Assembly (NCBI GenBank): GCA_043803015.1 | Contig: JAZDKK010000051.1 | Coordinates: 17,213-81,212, forward strand | DNA length: 64,000 nt | DNA from: Verrucomicrobiota bacterium | Lineage (GTDB): Bacteria; Verrucomicrobiota; Kiritimatiellia; CAIQIC01; JAGNIJ01 | Reading direction: 5' to 3' | Shown here: positions 25,441-34,381 of the stretch, in pieces | How the letters are laid out: the number at the start of each line of letters is the position of its first letter | How positions within the stretch are numbered: the stretch's first letter is position 1 | Notes under the pieces: model-generated | What the model saw: only the letters and a program-made list of their open reading frames with translations | Database searches by the model: none | Told to the model about the DNA's origin: nothing | Translations under genes and position numbers: made by a program

Positions 25441-27918
25441 ATGGTCAACGTCATCGATCTGAACGGGACCTGGAAGCTCCGGTGGAGCGACGGCGTGCGG
25501 GGCAACATCCACGCGGCGACGCGCGAACAGACCGATCCCGCACGGTATATCGACGCGCAGGTGCCCGGCGAGGTCCACCTCGATGTGTGGAAAGCGGGCT
25601 GGATTGCCGACCCCTATGTCGGCACGAACTGCCTGGCCGCACGCTGGGTCGAGGAGTGCATCTGGGCGTACCGCCGGAACTTCCATGTGCCCCCGCAGGC
25701 CGTCAGGGCCCGGTCGTGGCTCGTCTTCGAAGGGCTCGACCTGAACGCGACGGTTTTCCTCAACGGCGCCGAGGTGGGCCGGCATTCCAACTCGTTCCAC
25801 CCCTGCCGCATCGAGGTCACGGGCAAGCTCCGCAAGGGCAGAAACTTGCTGACCGTGCACGTCGAAGGCGGGCTGTTCGGCGTGTCCGAGAAACGCGGCG
25901 AGGGCTACGGCGCTCACGCCGACCAGCTTCTCCACAAGCGGCACTGGCTGCGCAAGCCGCAGTGCCAATTCGGCTGGGACTGGTCCACCCGCTTCATCAA
26001 CGTCGGCATTTCCAAGCCGGTGCGGCTCGAGTGGACGGGCGAGGCGGTGCGGGTCGATCAGCTCGTTCCGCTGGCGGAGCTCTCGCCGGACCTCCGTACG
26101 GGCTCGGTTCTCACGCGCTGGTTTGTCGAGGGGCTGGGCGCCAAGACCGTCCGCGGCGAGATGACGGTGGAACTGGTGGAAGCCGGTGTGAAAACCAGCG
26201 TCCCCGTCGAGGTAAAGCCCGGCCTGCAGGCCTGCGAGGCGCGGATCAAGGTCCGCGAGCCGGGCCTCTGGTGGCCCGTCGGCCACGGCCCGCAGAACCT
26301 GTACACCCTGCGCGCGACGCTCTCCGTAGGCGGGCGGCGGATCGAGCGGCGGACCGCGCGCATCGGGTTCCGCCACGTGCGCGTCCACCAGGACCTCCAC
26401 CCGAAGGGCGGGCGTTACTTCGTCCTCGAGATCAACGGGAAGAAGGTCTTTGCGAAGGGCGGCAACTTCGTGCCGGCCGACATGATCTTCGCGAGGCTCG
26501 ATCGCGCGCGGTACGACCGCCTGACCGACCTCGCACTCGAGGCGAACTTCAACATCCTCCGCGTGTGGGGCGGGGGGTTGTACGAGAGCGACGAGTTCTA
26601 CGAGCTCTGCGACCGCAAGGGGATCCTGGTCTGGCAGGAGTTCATCTTTGCGTGCTCGAAGTACCCGACGACCGACGAGGCTTTCTTCCAAAGCATCAAG
26701 GCCGAGGCGGGCTACAACGTCCGCCGGCTGGCGGCGCACCCGAGCCTGATCGCGTGGTGCGGGAACAACGAGCTGGAGCAGGCAAACTGGCATTGGGGGT
26801 ACGACCGCGGCGTGGTCCTGCCGGACCACGCGTTCTTCCACATCACGCTGCCGCGCCTGCTGGCCGAGGAGGATCCGACGCGCTACTACCAGCCGAGCTC
26901 GCCGTATTCGCCGGACGGCCACGACCCCGTCCGCGACGACGAGGGCGACCAGCACCCGTGGTCGATCGGCTTCGCGAACACGGATTTCCGCGACTACCGC
27001 AAGATGATCTGCCGGTTCCCGAACGAGGGCGGCGTGCTCGGGCCCACCGCCCTGCCGACCATGCTGGCGTGCCTGCCCGAGGGACAGCGGGACGTGGGCT
27101 CCCTGGCGTGGCAGGTCCACGACAACTCCGTGGACAGCTGGGCCGAGCCCAGCCACGCGCACGAGATCGTGAAGAACTGGCTCGGCCGTCCCATCCGCGA
27201 TTTCTCCATCGAGGAGTTCACGTACTGGGGCGGGCTCCTGCAGGGCGAGGCGCTGCGCGAGTACTGCGACAACTTCCGCCGGCGCATGTTCGACAGCGCC
27301 TCCGCGATTTTCTGGATGTTCAACGACTGCTGGCCCGCGACGCGGAGCTGGACCATCGTGGACTACTACCTCCGGCGCACGCCGTCGTTCCACTTCGTCC
27401 GCCGTGCCCTGGCGCCCTTGAGCGTCGTGCTGGCGGAGGAGGGTGGCGACGTGGTGGTCTTCGGCATCAACGAGACGGGGCACGCCGTTCGCGCGACGCT
27501 CCGCTACGGCTTGTTCAACCTCGGCGGAGGGCTGCCGCGGGACCACGTGGTGACCGTGAACCTGCCGCCGAACGCGTCCACGCCGATCGGGCGCTTCGCC
27601 GTATCGGAGTGGAAAAACCCGCGGTCGTCCATGGCCTTCGCGATGCTCACGCGCGACGGCGAACTGCTGGCGCGCAACCGGCTGTTCCGGCCGTTCTTCC
27701 GGGAGATGAAGTGGGCAAAGCCCCGGGTCCGGATCAAGGTGGAGAAGGGCCGGGCGGTTTTCCAGAGCAACGTGTTCGCGTGGGGTGTTTGCCTGGACCT
27801 GGACGGAGAGACGCCCCTGCCGGACAACTTCTTCGACGTGTACCCCGGGATCCCGTACTCGATCCCCTGGGCCAAGCGCCGCCCGCCGAAGATCCTGAAG
27901 GTGGGGAATCTGGCCTAG
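25441..27918 (+). CDS. GH2 beta-mannosidase-like glycoside hydrolase
   Basis: ATG at 25441. LNGTWKLRW, NILRVWGGGLYESDEFYELCDRKGILVWQEFIFACSKYP and NNELEQ are typical of the GH2 beta-mannosidase group. Confidence 0.85.
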   Translation: MVNVIDLNGTWKLRWSDGVRGNIHAATREQTDPARYIDAQVPGEVHLDVWKAGWIADPYVGTNCLAARWVEECIWAYRRNFHVPPQAVRARSWLVFEGLDLNATVFLNGAEVGRHSNSFHPCRIEVTGKLRKGRNLLTVHVEGGLFGVSEKRGEGYGAHADQLLHKRHWLRKPQCQFGWDWSTRFINVGISKPVRLEWTGEAVRVDQLVPLAELSPDLRTGSVLTRWFVEGLGAKTVRGEMTVELVEAGVKTSVPVEVKPGLQACEARIKVREPGLWWPVGHGPQNLYTLRATLSVGGRRIERRTARIGFRHVRVHQDLHPKGGRYFVLEINGKKVFAKGGNFVPADMIFARLDRARYDRLTDLALEANFNILRVWGGGLYESDEFYELCDRKGILVWQEFIFACSKYPTTDEAFFQSIKAEAGYNVRRLAAHPSLIAWCGNNELEQANWHWGYDRGVVLPDHAFFHITLPRLLAEEDPTRYYQPSSPYSPDGHDPVRDDEGDQHPWSIGFANTDFRDYRKMICRFPNEGGVLGPTALPTMLACLPEGQRDVGSLAWQVHDNSVDSWAEPSHAHEIVKNWLGRPIRDFSIEEFTYWGGLLQGEALREYCDNFRRRMFDSASAIFWMFNDCWPATRSWTIVDYYLRRTPSFHFVRRALAPLSVVLAEEGGDVVVFGINETGHAVRATLRYGLFNLGGGLPRDHVVTVNLPPNASTPIGRFAVSEWKNPRSSMAFAMLTRDGELLARNRLFRPFFREMKWAKPRVRIKVEKGRAVFQSNVFAWGVCLDLDGETPLPDNFFDVYPGIPYSIPWAKRRPPKILKVGNLA

Positions 27919-27999
27919 AATCGTCCTCGTGCTCGTCGTCCTCCTCGTCCTCGACTACCGACGACGAGGACGAGAACGAGGACGACGACGAGGACGATT
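27919..27999. terminator. long imperfect GAC/GAG-rich hairpin between convergent genes (putative bidirectional terminator)
   Basis: The arm aatcgtcctcgtgctcgtcgtcctcctcgtcctcg (27919-27953) pairs imperfectly with cgacgaggacgagaacgaggacgacgacgaggacgatt (about 27962-27999). It lies between the stops at 27918 (+) and 28015 (-). Confidence 0.5.
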
Positions 28000-28014
28000 C
28001 GGGATGGGCGACGG

Positions 28015-28788
28015 TCATCCCCTGCACAGGTTCTTCCTGACGAAGTCGTAGCTCTGCTTGAGCGAGTCGAACGGATCGCCCGGGCAAGTATCCTGCTCCA
28101 CGATGAACCAGCGGCAGCCCGAGTCCTGCGCGGCGGACACGATGGAGGGCCAGTCCAGGTTTCCGCTGCCGACCTCGGCGAAAACGACCTGGTTGTCCGG
28201 CCCGATCCCGTAGTCCTTCATGTGCAGGTTGACGAGCCGGTCCTTCATCCAGCGGCACCAGTCCTCGGGGTCTCCGCCGCCGAACTGGATCCAGTACGTG
28301 TCGAGCTCGGCCTGCAGATACCGGGGATCGGTCTCGGTGTAGATGACCTCGAGCACGGCTCGGCCGCCGACGCGCCGGAACTCCATGTGGTGGTTGTGGT
28401 AGCAGAACGTGATGCCGGCCTCGTGCAGGATCTTCCCGGCCGCGTTGAGCTTCAGGGCGAAGCTCCGTACATCGATCAGGGACCCGAACCTGGTATCACC
28501 CGGCCACGGGTACGTCGTGATGCCGCAGTCGAGCTTCCGGAGCCGGTCCACGAGGCTGCCGGGGTCGGACAGCAGGCGGGCGCCGTCTTCGTGCGTCCCG
28601 CAGCAGGTCAGCCCCTCGCCGCGCAGGATCTTCGCCAGCTCGTCGTCGGCGATAGGGCCAAGGCAGCTGACCTGCACCGCCTCGTAGCCGATGGCCCGCA
28701 CGCGTTTCAGACTGGCCGCGATGTCGCGCGGCGTCTTGAGGTGGTCCCGGACGGTGTACAGCTGGCAGGCGATCTGGCTTGGTTTCAT
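28015..28788 (-). CDS. sugar phosphate isomerase/epimerase (xylose isomerase-like TIM barrel)
   Basis: ATG at 28788 behind GGAGG. MKPSQIACQLYTVRDHLKTPRDIAASLKRVRAIGYEAVQV and later ITFCYHNHHMEF are typical of this family. Confidence 0.8.
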   Translation of the reverse strand: MKPSQIACQLYTVRDHLKTPRDIAASLKRVRAIGYEAVQVSCLGPIADDELAKILRGEGLTCCGTHEDGARLLSDPGSLVDRLRKLDCGITTYPWPGDTRFGSLIDVRSFALKLNAAGKILHEAGITFCYHNHHMEFRRVGGRAVLEVIYTETDPRYLQAELDTYWIQFGGGDPEDWCRWMKDRLVNLHMKDYGIGPDNQVVFAEVGSGNLDWPSIVSAAQDSGCRWFIVEQDTCPGDPFDSLKQSYDFVRKNLCRG

Positions 28789-28910
28789 GGTCTGCCTCCT
28801 CGAACCGCCGCCAGCATAACCCGAACGAGGCAAGGCGGCCAAGGATTTGCTTGCGGTCGAACGCTGTTCGCGTTCAACTACGGCCTGTTCGGAGCGAAAG
28901 GAGAGTCTCC

Positions 28911-29741
28911 ATGCCAGGAACAAACCGGTGTGTCGCGACAGCAGCCGCGGTGCTGGTGCTGATGGGCAGCTGGTCCGGCGCCTTCGGCGCCACGAACAAG
29001 CCGAGCCAGGCCGTCCTCGGACTGTACGGCAAGGTCGAGAGCTTCCAGTGGAAGGAATACGACGACAACGACCACGAACTGCTCGAGGAGTCGGGGCCGA
29101 TCTTCGGCCTCGGCGGGTTCATCGATATCCCCGTCGAACGGTCTGTACGTGCGGAAGGGTTGGCCGAGCTGTTCTTCGGTTCCGTGGATTACGACGGCCA
29201 GACGCAGGAAGGCGTGCCGACCACGACGACCACGGACTACGCCGGCCTGATGGGCGAGGGCCGGCTGTACAGGTCGTTCCCCGCCGGCCGCGATGTGACG
29301 CTGACGCCCTTCGCGGGAGCGGGCGGGCGAAGCTGGCTCCGCAAGATCAACGACGGCGAACACGGCGTGGGCAAGGGGTACGAGGAGAACTGGATCACCC
29401 TCTACGCCCTGGTCGGCGTGAGCGGCCAGGTCAAGGTGGCCCCGAAGTCCGAGCTGTTCGGCCGCGCGGCGCTCCACCTCCCCGTGTTCAACGAGGTGAT
29501 CATCGACTGGTCCAGCCTGGGAGGTCCTTCGGATATCACGGTGAATCCCGGCAAGGAGTTCGGCCTCGATCTGGAAGCCGGGCTGAGAGTGGAGTCCTTC
29601 ATGGCCTCCGTGTTCTATGAGACGCTGGACTTCTCGAAGTCCGACGGCGAGGCCGCTCTGATCGGGAGTGTGCCCTCGACGGTGTGGCAACCTAAGTCCG
29701 AGGGCAGGATGATCGGGCTGAAGGCCGGTCTCGTGTTCTGA
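28911..29741 (+). CDS. putative outer-membrane beta-barrel protein
   Basis: ATG at 28911 behind AAAGGAGAG. Signal peptide AAAVLVLMGSWSGAFGA. Alternating-hydrophobic strands. The terminal sequence GLKAGLVF ends in Phe. Confidence 0.6.
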   Translation: MPGTNRCVATAAAVLVLMGSWSGAFGATNKPSQAVLGLYGKVESFQWKEYDDNDHELLEESGPIFGLGGFIDIPVERSVRAEGLAELFFGSVDYDGQTQEGVPTTTTTDYAGLMGEGRLYRSFPAGRDVTLTPFAGAGGRSWLRKINDGEHGVGKGYEENWITLYALVGVSGQVKVAPKSELFGRAALHLPVFNEVIIDWSSLGGPSDITVNPGKEFGLDLEAGLRVESFMASVFYETLDFSKSDGEAALIGSVPSTVWQPKSEGRMIGLKAGLVF

Positions 29742-29767
29742 TGTCCCATCACGTAGCGGAGGTGATC

Positions 29768-31486
29768 ATGAAGAAAGTCGTTTGCACCTGTGCCGTGTTC
29801 CTGTGCGCGGTCCTGCCGGCCGTACCGCGGGGGGTCGCCCTGCCGGACGGCCAGCACCCGCAATCGTTCACGCGACAGATCACCAAGACCGTCGGCGCGA
29901 AATACCTGCTCGTCCTGCCGGCGGGGTATGCGGCGGGCACGAACCGGTGGCCCCTGCTGGTCTTCCTGCACGGCTCCGGCGAGAGCGGCGACGACCTGAA
30001 CAGGGTCAAGAACAACTGGCCGCGCATCATCGACCAGCACCCCGATTTCCCGTTCCTCGTCGCGGCGCCCCAGTGTCCCAACAACGAGTGGTGGAGCGAG
30101 GACGTCCCGATCGCCCTTGTGGATGAGCTGGTGTCCGCGTACCGCGTGGACGAGGACCGCATCTACGTGACCGGGATCAGCATGGGCGGCCACGGCGCGT
30201 GGGCCGCGGCCTGCTCGTTTCCGGACCGTTTTGCCGCCATCGCGCCCATTTGCGGCGAGTACAGCCCGGACAAAGCAGCGCAGTTGAGAAACGTGCCGGT
30301 TTGGGCATTTCACGGCGAACAGGACCCTGTCGTCCCGCTCCAGGCGTCGAAGGACATGGTGGACGCGGCGGTGGCGGCCGGCGGCGATGCGAAGTTGACC
30401 GTCTTCCCCGGCGTGGGGCACGACGCCTGGCCGGCGGCCTACAACAACCCCGAGCTGTTCCGCTGGATGCTGCAGCACAGGAGGGGGAAGCCGAAGGAGA
30501 TCGCCGAGCTCGATCCGGCGGAGAAGAACTTCATGGACCTCTGGCAGGCGGCGTACGACTACCAGCGGAAGAACCTGGAGCCCGCGCTGGCCGTTTCGAA
30601 GAAGGGCATCATGCCGCACATGATTCGCCGCATGAACCCGACAGCCACCCCCGTCGACGAAATCGTCACCTGGATCTTGCCCAAGGGCTCCAAGTGGAAA
30701 GTGACGCCGGCATCCCAGCAGATCTCGTGCGCGCCGGGCGAGATCGGCATGCTGCAGTTCGAAGTCGGCTTCGGCGGCTCCAGCGGCGACGTCTTCCCGC
30801 TGCCGGAGCGCCAGTCGGTCATCCGCGTCGGGGGCCAGGAATTCCTGAAGACCAGCAAGCCGCCGGAGTTGAACGACAGCTTCTTCCTGGCCTATGCGCC
30901 TGTCGCGAAAGGTGAGCCGTTCACCAACGCGCCGGCCATCGACGGCGATCTCAGCGATGCCGCCTGGTCGTCGTGCAAGGTGGTGACCGACTTCCGCCTC
31001 CAGGACGGCGTCAGCACATCGGCCTATCCGACCGAGGTCCGGATCGGCTATGACAAGGCGGCCCTCTACTTCGCGTTCCGGTGCCACCAGACGAACCTGG
31101 ACCAGCTCGTCCTCAACAACAGCCGGCGCGACGGCAACCTGTGGGAGGACGATTCGGTCGAGGTCTTCCTGGACCACCGGCTGGACCGGAAGAACTACTT
31201 CCACCTCATCGTCAACGCCGACGGATACCTATTCGACGAGATCATCCGCGACCGGAGCTGGAACGCCGAGTTCGAGGCGAAGACCGGGCGCGAGAAGGAT
31301 GCCTGGACGCTGGAACTCCGCGTGCCGTGGGCGTCGCTCGGCATCTCGCGCCCCGGTCCCGGCATCAAGATGGGGCTGGAGTTCGTCCGGGTCCGCCCCG
31401 GGCCGAACTTCGAGACGTCGCAGTGGGCGCCGACCCTCGGCGACAACCACACGCCCACCCGCTTCGGCGTGCTGGAGTTCAAGTAG
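29768..31486 (+). CDS. secreted alpha/beta-hydrolase esterase fused to a CBM9/DOMON-like carbohydrate-binding domain
   Basis: ATG at 29768 behind GGAGG (an alternative ATG is at 29741). LLVFLHGSGESG, nucleophile elbow GISMGGHG, HGEQDPVVP, GVGHDAW. C-terminal IDGDLSDAAWSS...LYFAFRC...DDSVEVFLD...YFHLIVNADG. Confidence 0.75.
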   Translation: MKKVVCTCAVFLCAVLPAVPRGVALPDGQHPQSFTRQITKTVGAKYLLVLPAGYAAGTNRWPLLVFLHGSGESGDDLNRVKNNWPRIIDQHPDFPFLVAAPQCPNNEWWSEDVPIALVDELVSAYRVDEDRIYVTGISMGGHGAWAAACSFPDRFAAIAPICGEYSPDKAAQLRNVPVWAFHGEQDPVVPLQASKDMVDAAVAAGGDAKLTVFPGVGHDAWPAAYNNPELFRWMLQHRRGKPKEIAELDPAEKNFMDLWQAAYDYQRKNLEPALAVSKKGIMPHMIRRMNPTATPVDEIVTWILPKGSKWKVTPASQQISCAPGEIGMLQFEVGFGGSSGDVFPLPERQSVIRVGGQEFLKTSKPPELNDSFFLAYAPVAKGEPFTNAPAIDGDLSDAAWSSCKVVTDFRLQDGVSTSAYPTEVRIGYDKAALYFAFRCHQTNLDQLVLNNSRRDGNLWEDDSVEVFLDHRLDRKNYFHLIVNADGYLFDEIIRDRSWNAEFEAKTGREKDAWTLELRVPWASLGISRPGPGIKMGLEFVRVRPGPNFETSQWAPTLGDNHTPTRFGVLEFK

Positions 31487-31570
31487 CAAGGTGTTGTAGG
31501 GCGGGAAACCCGTAGGGCTTCCCGCCGATGCGCGCGGCGCGAAGCCCCCGGGGCGGGGGGCATTCGCGCC

Positions 31571-31660
31571 CTACAAGACGGGCGGATTCCCCAGCGCCTG
31601 CTTGATCATCTTCGCCATCGCGGGGCCGACGCCGGGACCCGCCTTCGCCAAGGCTCCGGC
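31571..31660 (-). pseudogene. ghost duplicate of the uvrC 3' end (HhH-coding tail)
   Basis: The minus strand reads AGALAKAGPGVGPAMAKMIKQALGNPPVL then a stop. About 40 of 45 nt match the true uvrC tail (31682-31726, ...NAPGVGPAMAKTIKEALV). It lies downstream of, and out of frame with, the real stop. Confidence 0.5.
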
Positions 31661-31676
31661 GGGCAGGCGGCGGCTT

Positions 31677-33134
31677 CTACACCAGCGCCTCCTTGATGGT
31701 TTTCGCCATCGCGGGGCCGACTCCAGGTGCGTTGGCAATTTCCTTCTGGGACGCGCGCCGTAGGCGGGCGACGGACCCGAAGTGCTTCAGCAGGAGCTGC
31801 TTACGCTTCTCACCGATGCCCTGGATGTCGTCCAGCACGGACTCGCGGATCCGCTTCCGGCGCAGGCTCCGATGATACGTCAGGGCGAACCGGTGCGCCT
31901 CGTCGCGAATGATCTGCAAGACCTTGAGCGCGTTGGACTCGAACGGCAGGCGGAGCGGCTTGGCGTCCTTCCAGTAGATTTCCTCGAACCGCTTTGCGAG
32001 ACCGGCCGCGGGGAGATCCTGCAGGGCCAGCTTGTCTAGCTCGGCGCGCGCCGCGCGGAGCTGTGTGATCCCGCCGTCCACGAGCACGAGATCCGGCTTC
32101 GCCCCGCCTTCCTCGATGAGCCGCGAGAACCGGCGCCGGATGACCTCGGCCATCATGCCGGGATCGTCGATGCCCTCGACCGTCCTGATCCGGAACATCC
32201 GGTACCGGCTTTTCTGCGGCAGGCCGTCCACGGCGCACACGAGGCTGCCCACGGCGTGGGTGCCGGAGATGTTGGAAATGTCGTAGGCCTCGATCGCGCG
32301 CGGGGGGTGGGCCAGCCCCAGGACGCCCTGGAGTTCCCCGAGGCCGGCGCGCGCGTCCTCCGCCTTCACGGCCAGCGTCTTCTTCGCCCGCGTCCGCTCC
32401 TTCACCACGCGCCGGAGGAGCAGGAGCGTGTCGCGCAACGCCGCCGCCTTCTCAAAATGCAGGTCCTGGGCTTCCTTCTCCATGGCCTGCCGCATCTCGT
32501 CCAGGTACTCGGGATGCTCGCCGCGCAGGAACGCGCAGGCCAGCTCGACGCGCTCGAGGTACTGCTCCGGCGCGACCTTGCCGATGCAGGGCGCGGAGCA
32601 GTAGCGGACGATGTCGTTGACGCAGTGCTTGTGGTCGATGGGGCCGGGGACGCGGGGGGTGCACCGGCGGAGGCCGAACCGCTTGTCGATGAACTCCAGC
32701 GCGGCGCGCGCCGCCTGCGACGAGGCGTAGGGCCCGAAGTACCGGGCGCCGTCGTCCTTCTCGATCCGGCGCGCGTCGAACCGCGGGACCGCGTCGTTCG
32801 GGTTGACGCGCAGGAGGAGGAAGCGCTTGTCGTCCTTGAAGTCCACGTTGTAGCGCGGCCGGTAATCCTTGATCATCCGGCCCTCGGTCAGCGTGGCCTC
32901 GGCCTCCGTGCGGGTGACGAGGATGTCGAAATCGATGATGCTGCGGATGAGACCGCGGAGCTTGGGGGTGGCGCTGCGGAACGTGGCGTGCCGGAAGTAC
33001 GAGCGGACCCGGTCGCGCAGCGAGGCCGCCTTGCCGACGTACACGATCCGCCCGCGCCGGTCGCGCATGAGGTAGACCCCCGGCTTGTCCGGCAGGACCT
33101 CCAGCTTCTGCTTCACCTTGTCGGGCACGTTCAT
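31677..33134 (-). CDS. uvrC: excinuclease ABC subunit C
   Basis: ATG at 33134. GIY-YIG N-terminus GVYLMRDRRGRIVYVGKAASLRDRVRSYF. UVR motif HFEKAAALRD. IEAYDISNISGTHAVGS. C-terminal HhH GIGEKRKQLLLKHFGS...GVGPAMAK. Confidence 0.9.
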   Translation of the reverse strand: MNVPDKVKQKLEVLPDKPGVYLMRDRRGRIVYVGKAASLRDRVRSYFRHATFRSATPKLRGLIRSIIDFDILVTRTEAEATLTEGRMIKDYRPRYNVDFKDDKRFLLLRVNPNDAVPRFDARRIEKDDGARYFGPYASSQAARAALEFIDKRFGLRRCTPRVPGPIDHKHCVNDIVRYCSAPCIGKVAPEQYLERVELACAFLRGEHPEYLDEMRQAMEKEAQDLHFEKAAALRDTLLLLRRVVKERTRAKKTLAVKAEDARAGLGELQGVLGLAHPPRAIEAYDISNISGTHAVGSLVCAVDGLPQKSRYRMFRIRTVEGIDDPGMMAEVIRRRFSRLIEEGGAKPDLVLVDGGITQLRAARAELDKLALQDLPAAGLAKRFEEIYWKDAKPLRLPFESNALKVLQIIRDEAHRFALTYHRSLRRKRIRESVLDDIQGIGEKRKQLLLKHFGSVARLRRASQKEIANAPGVGPAMAKTIKEALV

Positions 33135-33222
33135 CGGGAGAAGTATACCACGTTCGGGACCGCGGGAGCCCGCCAAACGGGGTATTGCCTTGGCGACCGA
33201 GTTCTGTTTAAAGAAACGGGCC

Positions 33223-34086
33223 ATGAACACGCACATCACGCGCAGGTTGGTCGTACCGGCCCTGGTCCTGTCCGCGCTCGCCGCCTCCGGGCTGACCCAC
33301 GAGGAGCTCCAGTGGCAGGGGTTCGGGGACCGGATCATCGAGTTCAGCGGCTACCGCTGGCGGGCCAAGGAAGGCGGGATCTTCGGCCCCGGCAGGAACT
33401 ACTTCTCGGGGTCCGGGGATAACATCCGGGTGGACGAGAAAGGGCGGCTCCACCTCCGGATCACCCAGCGGGACGGCAAGTGGTACTGCCCCGAGCTGGC
33501 GCTCGTGGACGCGCTCGGCTACGGCGATTACATCTTCAAGACCGTCGGCCGCGTGGACCGGCTCGACCCCAACGTGATCCTCGGCTTGTTCCTCTGGGAG
33601 TACCAGGAGAGTTACCCGAGCAACGACGTCTACAACGGCGCCAACGAGTTCGACATCGAGTTCGGCCGGTGGAAGAATCCCCAGCGGGAGCCGGTGCAGT
33701 TTGCCTGCCAGCCCTGGCAGAAATCGGGCAACGAGCACCGGTACAACCTCCAGCTCGATTCCGACGACGCGCTGTCTTCGCACGCCTTACTCTGGCATCC
33801 GAGCGGCATGGCGTGCCGGAGCTGGCGCGGGCACAACGAACGCCCGGCGCCGTCCGACATGATCGAGAACTGGTTCTACGCGGGCGAGGACTTGCCGCGG
33901 CTTGAGGCGCCGCGCGTACACATCAACTTCTGGTGCATCGAGGAGCCGCCGTCCGACCTCAAGGAACACGAGATCGTCATCGCGGGGTTCACGTTCGTGC
34001 CCTGCGCGAGCCTCGTTCCGCCAGCGCCCGCCCCGGTCCCGGCGGAGACGCCCCGCGCGTGGTGGGAATTCTGGCGCGCCGACTGA
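33223..34086 (+). CDS. secreted GH16-like (lichenase/laminarinase-type) glycoside hydrolase
   Basis: ATG at 33223. Signal peptide LVVPALVLSALAASG. NEFDIEFGRW matches the GH16 E-x-D-x-E catalytic strand (compare DEIDIEFLG in Bacillus lichenases). Confidence 0.6.
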   Translation: MNTHITRRLVVPALVLSALAASGLTHEELQWQGFGDRIIEFSGYRWRAKEGGIFGPGRNYFSGSGDNIRVDEKGRLHLRITQRDGKWYCPELALVDALGYGDYIFKTVGRVDRLDPNVILGLFLWEYQESYPSNDVYNGANEFDIEFGRWKNPQREPVQFACQPWQKSGNEHRYNLQLDSDDALSSHALLWHPSGMACRSWRGHNERPAPSDMIENWFYAGEDLPRLEAPRVHINFWCIEEPPSDLKEHEIVIAGFTFVPCASLVPPAPAPVPAETPRAWWEFWRAD

Positions 34087-34179
34087 TTCTCCCGCCGGAG
34101 GCGGAGAAGTCCAGGGCTTGGTAACGTTGCATTTTCTTGTGACCCCGCGCAGCGGGATGGCCGACCGGGACGTGTGATG

Positions 34180-34362
34180 CCACGGGCTTGCCCCGTGGTC
34201 CCTCACGCGGGATTCCCCAGCGTGCAACGCCCCTCTCCACGCCAGAGCGCGCTCAGAGCGAAGGAAGCCGAAGCGTCCGAGGTCGCTCCTGGCGCGCTCC
34301 GTGAAACGCAGGTTCTTGGCAGGCGGGAACGCAGCGTAAGCATCCACGGGGCAAGCCCGTGG
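34180..34362. repeat. pair of mutually inverted REP-like hairpins
   Basis: CCACGGGCTTGCCCCGTGG (34180-34198) and its exact reverse complement CCACGGGGCAAGCCCGTGG (34344-34362), in an intergenic region. Confidence 0.6.
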
Positions 34363-34381
34363 CCTTTCGGGCCTTTGGCCC

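Noticed and set aside
25341-28040. 899-aa plus-strand ORF and 722-aa minus-strand ORF (25378-27546) overlapping the GH2 gene; the former ends in an acidic SSSSSSTTDDEDENEDDDEDD tail
   Set aside because: These are alternative frames of the GH2 gene with RPG-rich low-complexity translation. The acidic tail is simply the translation of the intergenic hairpin at 27919-27999.
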